A stretch of 64,000 bases of DNA from Candidatus Uhrbacteria bacterium RIFOXYB12_FULL_58_10 (GTDB lineage: Bacteria > Patescibacteriota > Patescibacteriia > UBA9934 > GWF2-40-263): contig CALRHL010000002.1 of the NCBI GenBank assembly GCA_943359455.1, forward strand, positions 7,665-71,664. Direction: 5' to 3'. The notes below the pieces were generated by a model. That model was not told the origin of the DNA, did no database searches, and saw only the letters and a program-made list of their open reading frames with translations. Of the stretch, positions 47,686-57,112 are shown one piece after another (the stretch's first letter is position 1; every line of letters begins with the position of its first letter). The translations under genes were made by a program, and so were the position numbers.

Positions 47686-48111
47686 CTACCCCTCCGTCCC
47701 CGTCGACTCGACCACCTGCTCGGCGGGGGCGCTCGTCGCCACATTCGCCGCCTTGGCCGCGTCCTGTTCCGCCTTCCACTTCTGGTCGGCGGCGCGGGCT
47801 TCCTCGAGGCGTCCGCGGAACTTTGCGAGGTCTTCCTGCGCGGTACGGAGCTGTTCGCAGACCTGGTACTTCGTGACACGAATGCCACGGTTTTGGCAGT
47901 CCGAGAAGTTCTCGCGCGCGATCCGTTCCTCGTTGCCACAACGGCTTTCGAGGGCCGAGTCGAGGATGCTCGTGAAGAGGATCACAGACTCGGGGGAGCC
48001 CACGATTTCCTTCCGCGAAAGGTTCACCAGGACGCCACCGAAGTGACGAATGGCGGCCTCGACAACATTGCGCTCGTTCTTGCCAATCCAGACAATTTGG
48101 GTCGTTTCCAT
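47686..48111 (-). CDS. Hypothetical protein (141 aa), high-GC island
   Basis: AGGAG 8 nt upstream of ATG at 48111 (METTQIVWIGKNERN...). Confidence 0.5.
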   Translation of the reverse strand: METTQIVWIGKNERNVVEAAIRHFGGVLVNLSRKEIVGSPESVILFTSILDSALESRCGNEERIARENFSDCQNRGIRVTKYQVCEQLRTAQEDLAKFRGRLEEARAADQKWKAEQDAAKAANVATSAPAEQVVESTGTEG

Positions 48112-48738
48112 GGTGAAAGCTCCTGTAGTGGCGTAATCGACGGAGTGTCGAATAGTGGCCAGAGCGGGATGGATGCCTTTTACAGACATACATTCCGCTC
48201 TGGCCTACTTATCCTCACCAACCTAGAGGCGTGGTGAGACTCGGTTTCTAGACGTGCAAGCACGGTTCGAATCGAGTCTCTTGGATCCAGTTGGTATGCA
48301 CTGAGTTAGCCGAGGCCAAGGCAGTGCATTTAGGACCCACATCTTCCGCGGCCCGAGGGCGTAGGAAGAATGTTTATCTCTCTCCTCCAGGTTGCTAGGG
48401 ATAAGAAGTAGTTGGGGGGGGTGGAACAAAAAACCGGTTTCTGTACGTATCTAAAGAGAGACGTGTACAAAAACCGGTCTTTCTGCCGTTGGGCGCGGGC
48501 AGGCGCGTTCTCTCTCCCCATCAATTGTGAGAGCCACATGATCGCTTCGTACGATCAGGTAACCCACTGCAATCTATCGGAGAGTAATAGTATCATAATT
48601 TGGTGGAATTGTCAAGAGTGGAGTGTGGATTCTGTGCTAGGTTGACAGAAATATAAGTGTCAGGATGAGCTGGAATAGATAAGGTTTGAAGGGTCGGATG
48701 GTCGGAGGTTTAATGAGACGTGTTATAATCCTTCCGAT

Positions 48739-49602
48739 ATGTTCTCCTCCATCATTGGTCATCAAAACGTCTGTTCTGTCCTGTCCCGCCAGATTGAAAC
48801 TGGACAGATGGCGCATGCCTACCTGTTTGTTGGTCCAGAAGGCGTGGGGAAGAGTGCGGTAACGAGCGAGTTCATAGGGACTTTAGTCCCGTCGGGTACG
48901 GACGCCACTAAAGTGGCTAGGAATTTTGACGAAAAAACAGAAAAATTGAAAAGTTCGATTTCTGTCGAGCAGATTCGAGAACTGCGTGAAAGGCTTTCCC
49001 TCACTTCGTTTGATGGATCAAAAAAAATGGTTTTTATTGAAGAGGCGGATTATTTATCCGATAGTGCCGCGAATGCACTTCTGAAGACTCTCGAAGAACC
49101 ACGAGGAGATACTTGCATTATTTTGCGCGCAGAAACCGTTGAGTCTGTTGCTGAAACAATCGCGTCTCGATGTCAGATTCTGCGATTTCATCTTGTGCCA
49201 GAAAAAATAATCCGTGATGCACTTCGCACACGAGGCCTTGAACAAGAAGAAGCGATGAAAATAGCAACGATGTCTCGTGGTCGTCCTGGTGTTGCCCTTC
49301 GACTGATTCGAGATGGTGCCTATCGAGCACAACGAGAAACAGCGCACGCGACCTTTCAAACAATCATGTCTTCTTCACTTCCAAAACGTTTAGGACTTGT
49401 TGCAAGCCTTCTTCCAAAAACCGAAACAGACAAATCTTCCGCTCTCGAAAAAATCCTCGATACCTGGGAAGAGGTCGCTCGTGATAGAATGCTGGACGGA
49501 GATTCTCGGTTCACACCAATCCTTGACAGGATACGCGAATCAAGAGAAGCAATGGAGTTTAATATAAATCCTCAGCTCGCCCTCGAGCACGTCGTTATTT
49601 AA
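48739..49602 (+). CDS. holB: DNA polymerase III subunit delta' (HolB)
   Basis: AHAYLFVGPEGVGKS Walker-A-like, ...LLKTLEEP... clamp-loader motifs. Confidence 0.85.
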   Translation: MFSSIIGHQNVCSVLSRQIETGQMAHAYLFVGPEGVGKSAVTSEFIGTLVPSGTDATKVARNFDEKTEKLKSSISVEQIRELRERLSLTSFDGSKKMVFIEEADYLSDSAANALLKTLEEPRGDTCIILRAETVESVAETIASRCQILRFHLVPEKIIRDALRTRGLEQEEAMKIATMSRGRPGVALRLIRDGAYRAQRETAHATFQTIMSSSLPKRLGLVASLLPKTETDKSSALEKILDTWEEVARDRMLDGDSRFTPILDRIRESREAMEFNINPQLALEHVVI

Positions 49603-49605
49603 CAT

Positions 49606-50664
49606 ATGCGCATTTCAAAAATCATTATTCTCTTTTCAAGCTTCGCGCTTATCGGCGCTGGATGCTTTGGTGGTGGAACAAAATCTACAGGAGCGGATGG
49701 TGGAGTTTTTAAAACGTTGGATGCAGGAGCGACATGGTCACAGAAAGCAGCGATTGTTTCTTCTTCTGGGGTTGGTTCTATCGCTTCGACGAATATCCTC
49801 AATTTGGAAATCGATCCGCAAGATTCTCGAACGTTGTATGCGGGGAGCTTTGAGCATGGAATGTTTTATACGATCGATGGAGCAACAACATGGCAACAGC
49901 CTCGAGAAGCTGGACTGAAGGAAGGAACGATTTCTGCTATAGAAGTTGATCCGAAAGATGTGTGCACGGTTTACGTTGCAAAAGGTCAGCGACTGTTTAA
50001 GTCATTCGATTGTTTGCGATCGTTCACTTCAGAGGCATACATTGAAACTCGCACGAATGTGAGTGTGCGTCGCATTGCCGTTGATTGGTATAATCCACTC
50101 ATTGTGTGGATGGGACTTTCAAATGGAGATGTCCTCAAAAGTGAGGATGGTGGGGTGCGTTGGCAGTCGTCGCTCGCTGGAAAAAGTGCGGTTACAGGGA
50201 TCTTGGTGAACAATGCTGATAGTCGTGTTGTGCTTGTGGCAACCGAGGGTGGTGGGTTTTACAAAACGATCGATTCGGGTGTGACATGGACGCATGTGAG
50301 CGATGAGTTGAAAGATTTCAAAAAAGGAGCTAGTGTATCAACGATCGTGCAAAATAAAGATGGAAGTGTTCTTATTGCCGCGACAGGTTACGGACTTCTG
50401 CGATCAAAAGATTTTGGCTCAACCTGGGAAGGGATCACATTACTTTCCGCGCCAGGACAGGTAGAAATTTTCTCGATCGCGATGGATACCGCAAATACAG
50501 CCACGATCATGTATGCATCTGGAACGACATTCTATCGATCAATCGACAGTGGCGTCACCTGGACAACAGCAAAAATTTCCTCCGCGCGCACTCCTATGGC
50601 TATGTTGTTGGATCCATCCGATGCAAATAGTATCTATCTTGGCGTGATGAGCACGGAAAAATAA
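49606..50664 (+). CDS. BNR/Asp-box repeat beta-propeller lipoprotein (Ycf48-like)
   Basis: Lipobox LIGAGC. Six or more Asp-box motifs (LDAGATWS, IDGATTWQ, EDGGVRWQ, IDSGVTWT, KDFGSTWE, IDSGVTWT). Confidence 0.75.
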   Translation: MRISKIIILFSSFALIGAGCFGGGTKSTGADGGVFKTLDAGATWSQKAAIVSSSGVGSIASTNILNLEIDPQDSRTLYAGSFEHGMFYTIDGATTWQQPREAGLKEGTISAIEVDPKDVCTVYVAKGQRLFKSFDCLRSFTSEAYIETRTNVSVRRIAVDWYNPLIVWMGLSNGDVLKSEDGGVRWQSSLAGKSAVTGILVNNADSRVVLVATEGGGFYKTIDSGVTWTHVSDELKDFKKGASVSTIVQNKDGSVLIAATGYGLLRSKDFGSTWEGITLLSAPGQVEIFSIAMDTANTATIMYASGTTFYRSIDSGVTWTTAKISSARTPMAMLLDPSDANSIYLGVMSTEK

Positions 50665-50720
50665 TAAACAATAATCAGGTTCGTAGGTCCGTAGCGGTTC
50701 GTAGGTCCGTATCAAATTCT

Positions 50721-51275
50721 ATGCATCCATTTGTTCAGTCAAAGAAAGCAGATTATCAAGCATCACTCGATCATTTGCACAATGAGCTTGCTTCGTTGCG
50801 CACTGGAAGAGCCTCTCCTCAACTTGTTGAGAATATTCGCGTGGAAGCGTACGGATCAAACATGGAATTAAAATCAACCGCATCGATTACGGTGCAGGAT
50901 GCAAAAACGATCATCATCGAACCGTGGGACAAGTCGCTTCTGCAAACGATCGAAAAAGCGATTCGCGATGCCGACATCGGAGTTAATCCGGCGGTTGATG
51001 GTCAGATCATACGCATCAACCTTCCTCAGATGACAGAAGAAACGCGAAAAAAATTGGTCAAGATTTTGAAGGAAAAATGCGAAGAGACAAAAATTGCTTT
51101 GCGTGGAGTACGGGAATCTTGTCGGGACGCCGTCATGAAGCAGGAGAAGGAAAATGAAATTGCGGAGGATGTGAAGTTTAAGATGCTTGAGGAGTTGGAT
51201 AAGCTTACGAAAGAGTTTGTGGAAATGGTTGAATCGATTGCGGATAAAAAAGAGGCGGAGATTATGACGGTGTAA
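50721..51275 (+). CDS. frr: Ribosome recycling factor
   Basis: 184 aa with a typical RRF sequence (…VENIRVEAYGSNMELKS…DGQIIRINLP…). Confidence 0.9.
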   Translation: MHPFVQSKKADYQASLDHLHNELASLRTGRASPQLVENIRVEAYGSNMELKSTASITVQDAKTIIIEPWDKSLLQTIEKAIRDADIGVNPAVDGQIIRINLPQMTEETRKKLVKILKEKCEETKIALRGVRESCRDAVMKQEKENEIAEDVKFKMLEELDKLTKEFVEMVESIADKKEAEIMTV

Positions 51276-51434
51276 CGAGGGGCAACGGGGCCGACGTATA
51301 TGGGGCCCCGCTACGGAACACCCCGCTATCCTCACTTCGTCCAGTTACGGTGAGACTTCGCTCCGGTGAGCGGGGACCCCGTTCCTCCGCCCCCATATAC
51401 TCCACGAGTTTCTGTAATAGATTATTGAACGATT

Positions 51435-52838
51435 ATGTCTGAACAGGTCACAATGGAAAAAATTGTTGCGCTTTGTAAGCAACGGGGGTTTGTTTTTCCG
51501 GGGTCGGAAATTTATGGGGGGCTTGCGAATTCTTGGGATTATGGTCCTTTGGGAGTTGAATTGAAAAATAATTTGAAACAAGCTTGGTGGAAGATGTTTG
51601 TGCATGAGCGTTTGGATATGGTTGGGCTTGATGCGGCGATATTGATGAACCCGCGTGTGTGGGAGGCGTCGGGGCATGTCGGTTCGTTTACCGACCCGCT
51701 TGTGGATTGTAAGGCATGTCATCAGCGGTTTCGTGGAGATAAGTTATTGGAAGATAAATTAGGTGTTGATTTGGTTGCGGGAATTAAACTTGAAGATGTG
51801 CAACCACGCATGATGTTAGAAAAAATTGGTTGTCCGGCCTGTAAGAAAATTGACTGGACTGAGGCCAAGCGATTCAATCTCATGTTCAAGACAAAGCAAG
51901 GAGTGATCGACGGTGAGGGTGCAGATATTTATCTGCGACCGGAAACCGCACAAGGTATTTTTGTAAATTTCAAAAATGTCGTACAAAGTCAGCTTATGCG
52001 TTTGCCATTTGGAATCGCGCAAATTGGAAAATCGTTTCGTAATGAAATTACTCCAGGAAATTTTACCTTCCGCACGCGGGAGTTTGAGCAGATGGAAATT
52101 GAATATTTTTTCGATCCAGAAGCGACTCCCTGGGAGCCGTTATTTGAAGATTGGAAAAAACAAACATGGGCGTTTATGTCCGAGGTGGTCGGATTAAAAG
52201 CAGATGAATTGCGATTCCGAGATCATGCCGCGGACGAGTTATCTCACTACTCAAAAGGAACAACAGATATCGAATTCGCCTTCCCGTGGGGTTGGGGAGA
52301 GTTGTGCGCGGCCGCGGCGTATCGCACCGATTACGACTTAACTCAGCATGCAGAGTTTAGCGGGGAGAATTTGCAGTATACCGATCCCGACGATAACAAG
52401 CGCAAGTTAACTCCCCACGTGATCGAGCCATCGTTTGGTCTCGATCGAACGTTGCTCGCACTTCTTTTGTCCGCGTACACCGAAGAAAAAGCACCAACCG
52501 CGGATGGGGGTGAAGATGTACGTGTGGTCATGAAATTTCCGTATCGCTTGGCTCCCGTGAAGATCGCTGTTCTTCCATTGTCAAAGAAGGATGAGTTGAC
52601 GTCGATTTCTCTTCCCCTTGCGGGACGTTTATCGAAACGATGGAGAGTTGATCATCATTCGTCACAATCTATCGGCAAACGGTATCGCCGACAGGATGAG
52701 GTTGGCACTCCCTACTGCATCACCGTCGACTTTGACACGATCACAGATCAGGCTGTCACCGTTCGCGATCGGGATACAATGAAGCAGGAGCGTATAAAAA
52801 TTGATGAACTTGAAAATTACTTCTCTCAAAAACTATGA
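51435..52838 (+). CDS. glyQS: Glycine--tRNA ligase (single-chain class II, GlyQS)
   Basis: N-terminal CKQRGFVFPGSEIYGGLANSWDYGPLG is conserved in alpha2-type GlyRS; class II motifs follow. Confidence 0.9.
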   Translation: MSEQVTMEKIVALCKQRGFVFPGSEIYGGLANSWDYGPLGVELKNNLKQAWWKMFVHERLDMVGLDAAILMNPRVWEASGHVGSFTDPLVDCKACHQRFRGDKLLEDKLGVDLVAGIKLEDVQPRMMLEKIGCPACKKIDWTEAKRFNLMFKTKQGVIDGEGADIYLRPETAQGIFVNFKNVVQSQLMRLPFGIAQIGKSFRNEITPGNFTFRTREFEQMEIEYFFDPEATPWEPLFEDWKKQTWAFMSEVVGLKADELRFRDHAADELSHYSKGTTDIEFAFPWGWGELCAAAAYRTDYDLTQHAEFSGENLQYTDPDDNKRKLTPHVIEPSFGLDRTLLALLLSAYTEEKAPTADGGEDVRVVMKFPYRLAPVKIAVLPLSKKDELTSISLPLAGRLSKRWRVDHHSSQSIGKRYRRQDEVGTPYCITVDFDTITDQAVTVRDRDTMKQERIKIDELENYFSQKL

Positions 52839-54106
52839 AAAAACCAATCGTTCTTTCCAATGGAATGCGAGTGCATATGCTGCCATTTTCTGGAACAGAG
52901 GCGGCGACCGTTCTTGTGTTAGTCAAAGTCGGTTCGCGTTATGAGTATCCTGCGATCAATGGCGCGTCGCATTACATCGAACATCTCATGTTCAAAGGAA
53001 CAAAGCGTCGACCGACCACGCTCGATATTTCTCGTGGACTTGATGCGGTTGGAGCTGAGTATAATGCGTTTACCGGAAAAGATTATACAGGATACTACAT
53101 CACGATCGAAGCAGGGAAGTTGCCGCTCGCAGTCGACATGCTCCACGACATGATGTTTCATTCGAAATACGATCCGGTTGAAATGGATCGTGAACGTAGC
53201 GTGATTATTGAGGAGATCAACATGTATCACGATAATCCGATGATGCATGTCGAAGAATTGCTCGAGCAAATTATGTTTGATGGTTCGACGCTTGGCTGGG
53301 ATATTGCAGGGTCACCGCAGACGATGCGCACCATGACGCGCGAACAGGTGATTGAGTTTCGCGATGCGTATTATGCTCCGTCCCGGATCGTGATTGGGGT
53401 TGCAGGGAAGGTGAATAAACAAACACTTGCTCTGATTAAAAAAACGTTCGGATCTGTTAAAGCAAAGTCAGAACCAGCATCGTTTGTGCCCCACACACAT
53501 CGTGCTTCTCATGCAGACGTCCCGTGCATGGTTCAGAATAAACCCGTTGATCAGTTGCAGGTCGCGCTTGGTTTTCCGTCGTTTGGCGCGGATGATACAC
53601 GTAATGCCGCTGTTGCAATTCTCTCAACAATTCTTGGGGGCACGATGTCGTCACGTCTATTTATTTCGGTTCGTGAGCGAAAAGGTCTCTGTTATTTCGT
53701 CCGTGCAGAAAATTCTTCGTACGACGATGTTGGTGTTTTTCAAATTCGATCCGGTCTTGATAAATCGCGTTTGAAAGAAGCAGTGAAAACGATTCTTGCA
53801 GAGGTTGAAAAAGTCAAAAAATCTGGCGTAACGACGCGTGAACTTAAAGAAGCAAAGGATAATTTTCGTGGTCGTATTTTACTCAAGCTTGAAGAGTCGA
53901 GCAATCGTGCGGATTGGTATGCACGACAAGAATTGATTCTAGACAGAGCAAAAACTCCAGAAGAGCGTATGGCAGAGATTGACGCAGTGACGGCGAGCGA
54001 GGTAAAAAAAGTAGCGAAAGAGATTTTAGATTTGAAACGCATGTCCGTAGCAGCGATCGGTCCATTCAAAAATGGAAAAGCATTTCTGAAGGCAGCAGGA
54101 CTATGA
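52835..54106 (+). CDS. M16 family zinc peptidase (pitrilysin-like)
   Basis: Inverted zinc motif HYIEH(LMFKGT) and downstream Glu. Confidence 0.85.
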   Translation: MKKPIVLSNGMRVHMLPFSGTEAATVLVLVKVGSRYEYPAINGASHYIEHLMFKGTKRRPTTLDISRGLDAVGAEYNAFTGKDYTGYYITIEAGKLPLAVDMLHDMMFHSKYDPVEMDRERSVIIEEINMYHDNPMMHVEELLEQIMFDGSTLGWDIAGSPQTMRTMTREQVIEFRDAYYAPSRIVIGVAGKVNKQTLALIKKTFGSVKAKSEPASFVPHTHRASHADVPCMVQNKPVDQLQVALGFPSFGADDTRNAAVAILSTILGGTMSSRLFISVRERKGLCYFVRAENSSYDDVGVFQIRSGLDKSRLKEAVKTILAEVEKVKKSGVTTRELKEAKDNFRGRILLKLEESSNRADWYARQELILDRAKTPEERMAEIDAVTASEVKKVAKEILDLKRMSVAAIGPFKNGKAFLKAAGL

Positions 54107-54885
54107 AAACAATCATCGGAAACTGGAAAATGAACGTTGGAACACGCGAATCTGTTGCGCTTGTTCGTGGGGTGTTGTTGGCGTTGCGGGGAAAAAAAAT
54201 GTTGCCGGAGGTGGTTGTGTGTCCGTCGTTTATGGCACTTGGAGAGGTGAGAAAAATTATTGCACATAGTCATGTTTTTCTTGGGGCACAGAATGTGCAT
54301 TTTGAAGATCACGGAGCGTTTACCGGAGAGATTTCTTCGCGCATGTTGTCTGAAGTAGGGGTGACACATGTGTTGCTCGGACATTCGGAACGACGAAATT
54401 TGTTTGGAGAAACCGATGAGATGGTGAATAAGAAATTGATTCATGCGTTGGCGGTTGGGTTGGTTCCGATTTTGTGTGTAGGGGAAGGTCAGGAGGCCCG
54501 AAGGCCAGGAGGCACAGAGGAAGCACAGAAAGTTGTTGCTGGTCAGTTACGAGGTGCGTTTAAGGGGTTGCATTTGCGTCATAAAGAGCGAATTCTGATT
54601 GCGTACGAACCTGTCTGGGCGATTGGGACTGGGGTTGCCGCTAAACCAGCGGATGCGGTTTCGATGCATGTGTTTATTCGCTCGCTTGTGCCAGATTTAT
54701 TGCCGGGAATTAAATCATCACAGTTCTCGATTCTCTATGGGGGAAGTGTTGATGGAGCGAATGCGTATGATTTTTTGCGTGAAGATGAAGTCGATGGCTT
54801 GCTCGTTGGTGGTGCATCCGTAAAACTGTCAGAATTTACCAAAGTCCTGCAATCCGCGATGGATGTCATCGAAGCGCGAGCATAA
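54103..54885 (+). CDS. tpiA: Triose-phosphate isomerase
   Basis: IIGNWKMN start and GHSERR catalytic motif. Confidence 0.92.
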   Translation: MKTIIGNWKMNVGTRESVALVRGVLLALRGKKMLPEVVVCPSFMALGEVRKIIAHSHVFLGAQNVHFEDHGAFTGEISSRMLSEVGVTHVLLGHSERRNLFGETDEMVNKKLIHALAVGLVPILCVGEGQEARRPGGTEEAQKVVAGQLRGAFKGLHLRHKERILIAYEPVWAIGTGVAAKPADAVSMHVFIRSLVPDLLPGIKSSQFSILYGGSVDGANAYDFLREDEVDGLLVGGASVKLSEFTKVLQSAMDVIEARA

Positions 54886-54888
54886 CGT

Positions 54889-55707
54889 ATGTGGTTATTT
54901 TTTTCTCTCCTCATTTTGATCGGTTCTCTTCTCACGATGACTCTGGTTATCGTTCTTAAAATTTCACAGCTTCGCATGATTGATGCCGCATCGATTCCAA
55001 CCGAACGTGTGAAGAGGATTAAGGAGCAAATAATTTTGCAGAAGTTCGAACGCATTGGGGCGCAAAAGATCGGTGTTGCGGCAAAAGTTGCCCGTCAGGC
55101 CGTGACAAGTGTTTCTAAAACAGGACGTCGCGCCGTGCAAAAGCTGTACGCGATGGAGCAGTATTATCAAAAACTAAAACACACCGCACCAGATGGCGCG
55201 CACGCGATTAATCCTGAAACCGTGAAGCGACTGCTGGATGAAGCGGATGATCTTGTTCGGCAAGAAGAATATATTCCTGCAGAGAAGCGTTATATTGAAA
55301 TTATCAGTCACAATCCAAAACATGTAAAGGCGTATGAGGGCCTTGGGAACTTGTATTTGCTTAACAAGCAATACAGTCAAGCGCGTGAGACATTATTGTT
55401 TACATTGCGATTGTCACCGGAAGATCCAAGTGTGTACATGAGTTTGTCTGAGGTCGAACAAGACGATGGAAACGAACATAAAGCCACAGAGTATTTGCGC
55501 AAAGTGGTCGCATTGCGCCCAACCAGCCCAAAATTTTTAGATCGCTATATCGAATCCGCCCTCGCGTCGCAATCAAGCGAAGATGCACAGAAAGGCCTCG
55601 CACTTCTCAAAGAAGCCAACCCAGAAAACCAAAAAATCCCCGAGTTCGAAGAACGCATAAAAGAACTCACAGGCGAGTCTTCCCAACAAGAAGCGCCTTT
55701 GATATAG
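54889..55707 (+). CDS. Membrane-anchored tetratricopeptide repeat protein
   Basis: N-terminal TM then TPR-like repeats (AYEGLGNLYLLNKQYSQARE...). Confidence 0.65.
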   Translation: MWLFFSLLILIGSLLTMTLVIVLKISQLRMIDAASIPTERVKRIKEQIILQKFERIGAQKIGVAAKVARQAVTSVSKTGRRAVQKLYAMEQYYQKLKHTAPDGAHAINPETVKRLLDEADDLVRQEEYIPAEKRYIEIISHNPKHVKAYEGLGNLYLLNKQYSQARETLLFTLRLSPEDPSVYMSLSEVEQDDGNEHKATEYLRKVVALRPTSPKFLDRYIESALASQSSEDAQKGLALLKEANPENQKIPEFEERIKELTGESSQQEAPLI

Positions 55708-55731
55708 TTCCGGGACATTATTATTCTGTTA

Positions 55732-55854
55732 CACAAACACTGTAAAATTGTGAGGTGTTGGTGCGCAGCGAGCAGCGCAGTAAGGCGTACAAAGATGTAC
55801 GTCGTCGAGCAGCACAGCTGCAAACCAACAGATCGCAATTTTACAGTGTTTGTG
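55732..55854. repeat. Perfect 19-bp inverted repeat (CACAAACACTGTAAAATTG / CAATTTTACAGTGTTTGTG) enclosing ~85 nt, abutting the tRNA-Thr 5' end
   Basis: 19/19 complementarity. Inner GCGCAGCGAGCAGCGCAG-type repeats. Confidence 0.75.
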
Positions 55855-55929
55855 CCGTCATAGCTCAGTTGGTAGAGCGCATCCATGGTAAGGATGAGGT
55901 CATCGGTTCAATCCCGATTGACGGCTCCA
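55854..55929 (+). tRNA. tRNA-Thr (anticodon GGU), CCA encoded
   Basis: Manual fold: acceptor GCCGTCA/TGACGGC, D-arm GCTC...GAGC, anticodon stem CATCC/GGATG with loop ATGGTAA, T-arm ATCGG-TTCAATC-CCGAT. Confidence 0.85.
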
Positions 55930-55975
55930 AAAAGAACTCTCGCGAGAGGGTTCTTTTTATTTGTAAAGGTGATGC

Positions 55976-56479
55976 TCATATCTGTTCCTTCCACGATTCG
56001 TACGTTCCATTTTTTTTGAGGTTGTAGAAAACAAAACTTGCAACTGTGTTACCCCAACCTTCGCTTCCCTCGTTGTAGACCACCCCGTCATATCCTTGCT
56101 GCATCATAAAATCTGAGAACATGTATGCCCATGTCGGGGATGTAATGTTCGGACTCTTGAGTTTTACGCTACCCATCGTTCCGAGAAGAACACGTAAATC
56201 GATTGCAGATTCTTTCAGCGCTCTCTCGAGAAACGATACATAATCAATTTCTTGTGCATCAAATATTGCAGCGATATTGCCTTCACGTGGTTTTTTCTCA
56301 CGAAAATATTTCATGAAGGCAGTACGCCACGCCTCGGCAAGTTCATGCGGAAGGGGCGCATTAAACCCTTTTGCGTCTTTCCATCGGAGGTCTACTTCCG
56401 TGGAACAGCACATCGGGAGACCGTTCAAATTCCTCTCGCGACAATGTGCGAGGATCGCGCTCGCCGAGCATTCGTTCAC
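55976..56479 (-). CDS. Hypothetical protein
   Basis: The C-terminal ~110 aa look protein-like. Start uncertain (listed GTG start). An upstream ATG at 56534 is in another frame. Confidence 0.4.
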   Translation of the reverse strand: MNECSASAILAHCRERNLNGLPMCCSTEVDLRWKDAKGFNAPLPHELAEAWRTAFMKYFREKKPREGNIAAIFDAQEIDYVSFLERALKESAIDLRVLLGTMGSVKLKSPNITSPTWAYMFSDFMMQQGYDGVVYNEGSEGWGNTVASFVFYNLKKNGTYESWKEQI

Positions 56480-57083
56480 CGACAGCTTCGCGTGCCTCCA
56501 GTGGGATTACCTCATCCGTTTCGATTGATTTCATAGGTTTTTCTTGTGTTACATGTTTTCTCTGGCAATAAACCGTTTTATGTTGTTTTCAACAAGGCAA
56601 GAAATTAATCCATCGTTAATTTAACGAAGAAACTTTTCGTATGGATATTTATAAGAAAAGTTTAGCATCTAACTTAAAATATATAAAACCATTCTCAAAT
56701 TTCGGTGCTGTTAGTTATTGTGATGAAGAAGAAACAATGGTTTGATGTATCGTGCAGTATAGAAGAAAGGATTTTACAACTTTTCTATGCTCAACTTAGC
56801 CAATATTTAAGATAGTTTCTAAATTGATTGTGAGAAATCAGGTTATTTCATGAATCGAGACACATCGCAATCGGTAATCAGTTTTGTACTCTAACTTCAA
56901 TATATCAGCGCATTAGTACGACTTATTAAAAGTTATCGGCCAAACTTTGAATAAGCGAATCCATCAGAAAAGTTTTCTCACATTCTTCCCAAGCACACAG
57001 CGGCGTCGATGGAGAAAAACCCTCTGATATCAGATGATTTAGCTCATCGGGTGCGCTCTTGCTTTTGTAATGGACAAATCCCC

Positions 57084-57112
57084 TCTAAAAAAACACTCCG
57101 TATGGAGTGTTT
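57084..57112. terminator. Rho-independent terminator overlapping the stop of the minus-strand gene (AAACACTCC-GTAT-GGAGTGTTT)
   Basis: Same stem sequence as the terminator at 22961-22990. Confidence 0.65.

Noticed and set aside
45909-48046. Long plus-strand ORFs (470 aa and 305 aa) and several 100-200-aa ORFs on both strands in the high-GC island
   Set aside because: Translations are extremely R/L/S/P-rich with no hydrophobic-core periodicity. That is typical of out-of-frame or antisense reads through GC-rich coding DNA. The minus-strand frames have AGGAG sites and balanced composition.
48190-48400. GGTTCGAATC T-loop-like word and an 8-bp IR (GAGACTCG...CGAGTCTC) at the right edge of the island as a tRNA-derived att remnant
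   Set aside because: No T-stem or acceptor pairing could be built in either orientation. It is just a hairpin.
51280-51430. T-box leader upstream of glyQS
   Set aside because: No AGGGUGGNACCGCG T-box sequence or specifier-loop architecture was found. Only generic inverted repeats are present.
55755-56027. 90-aa ORF covering tRNA-Thr(GGU)
   Set aside because: It overlaps a well-folded tRNA and its terminator, so it is spurious.
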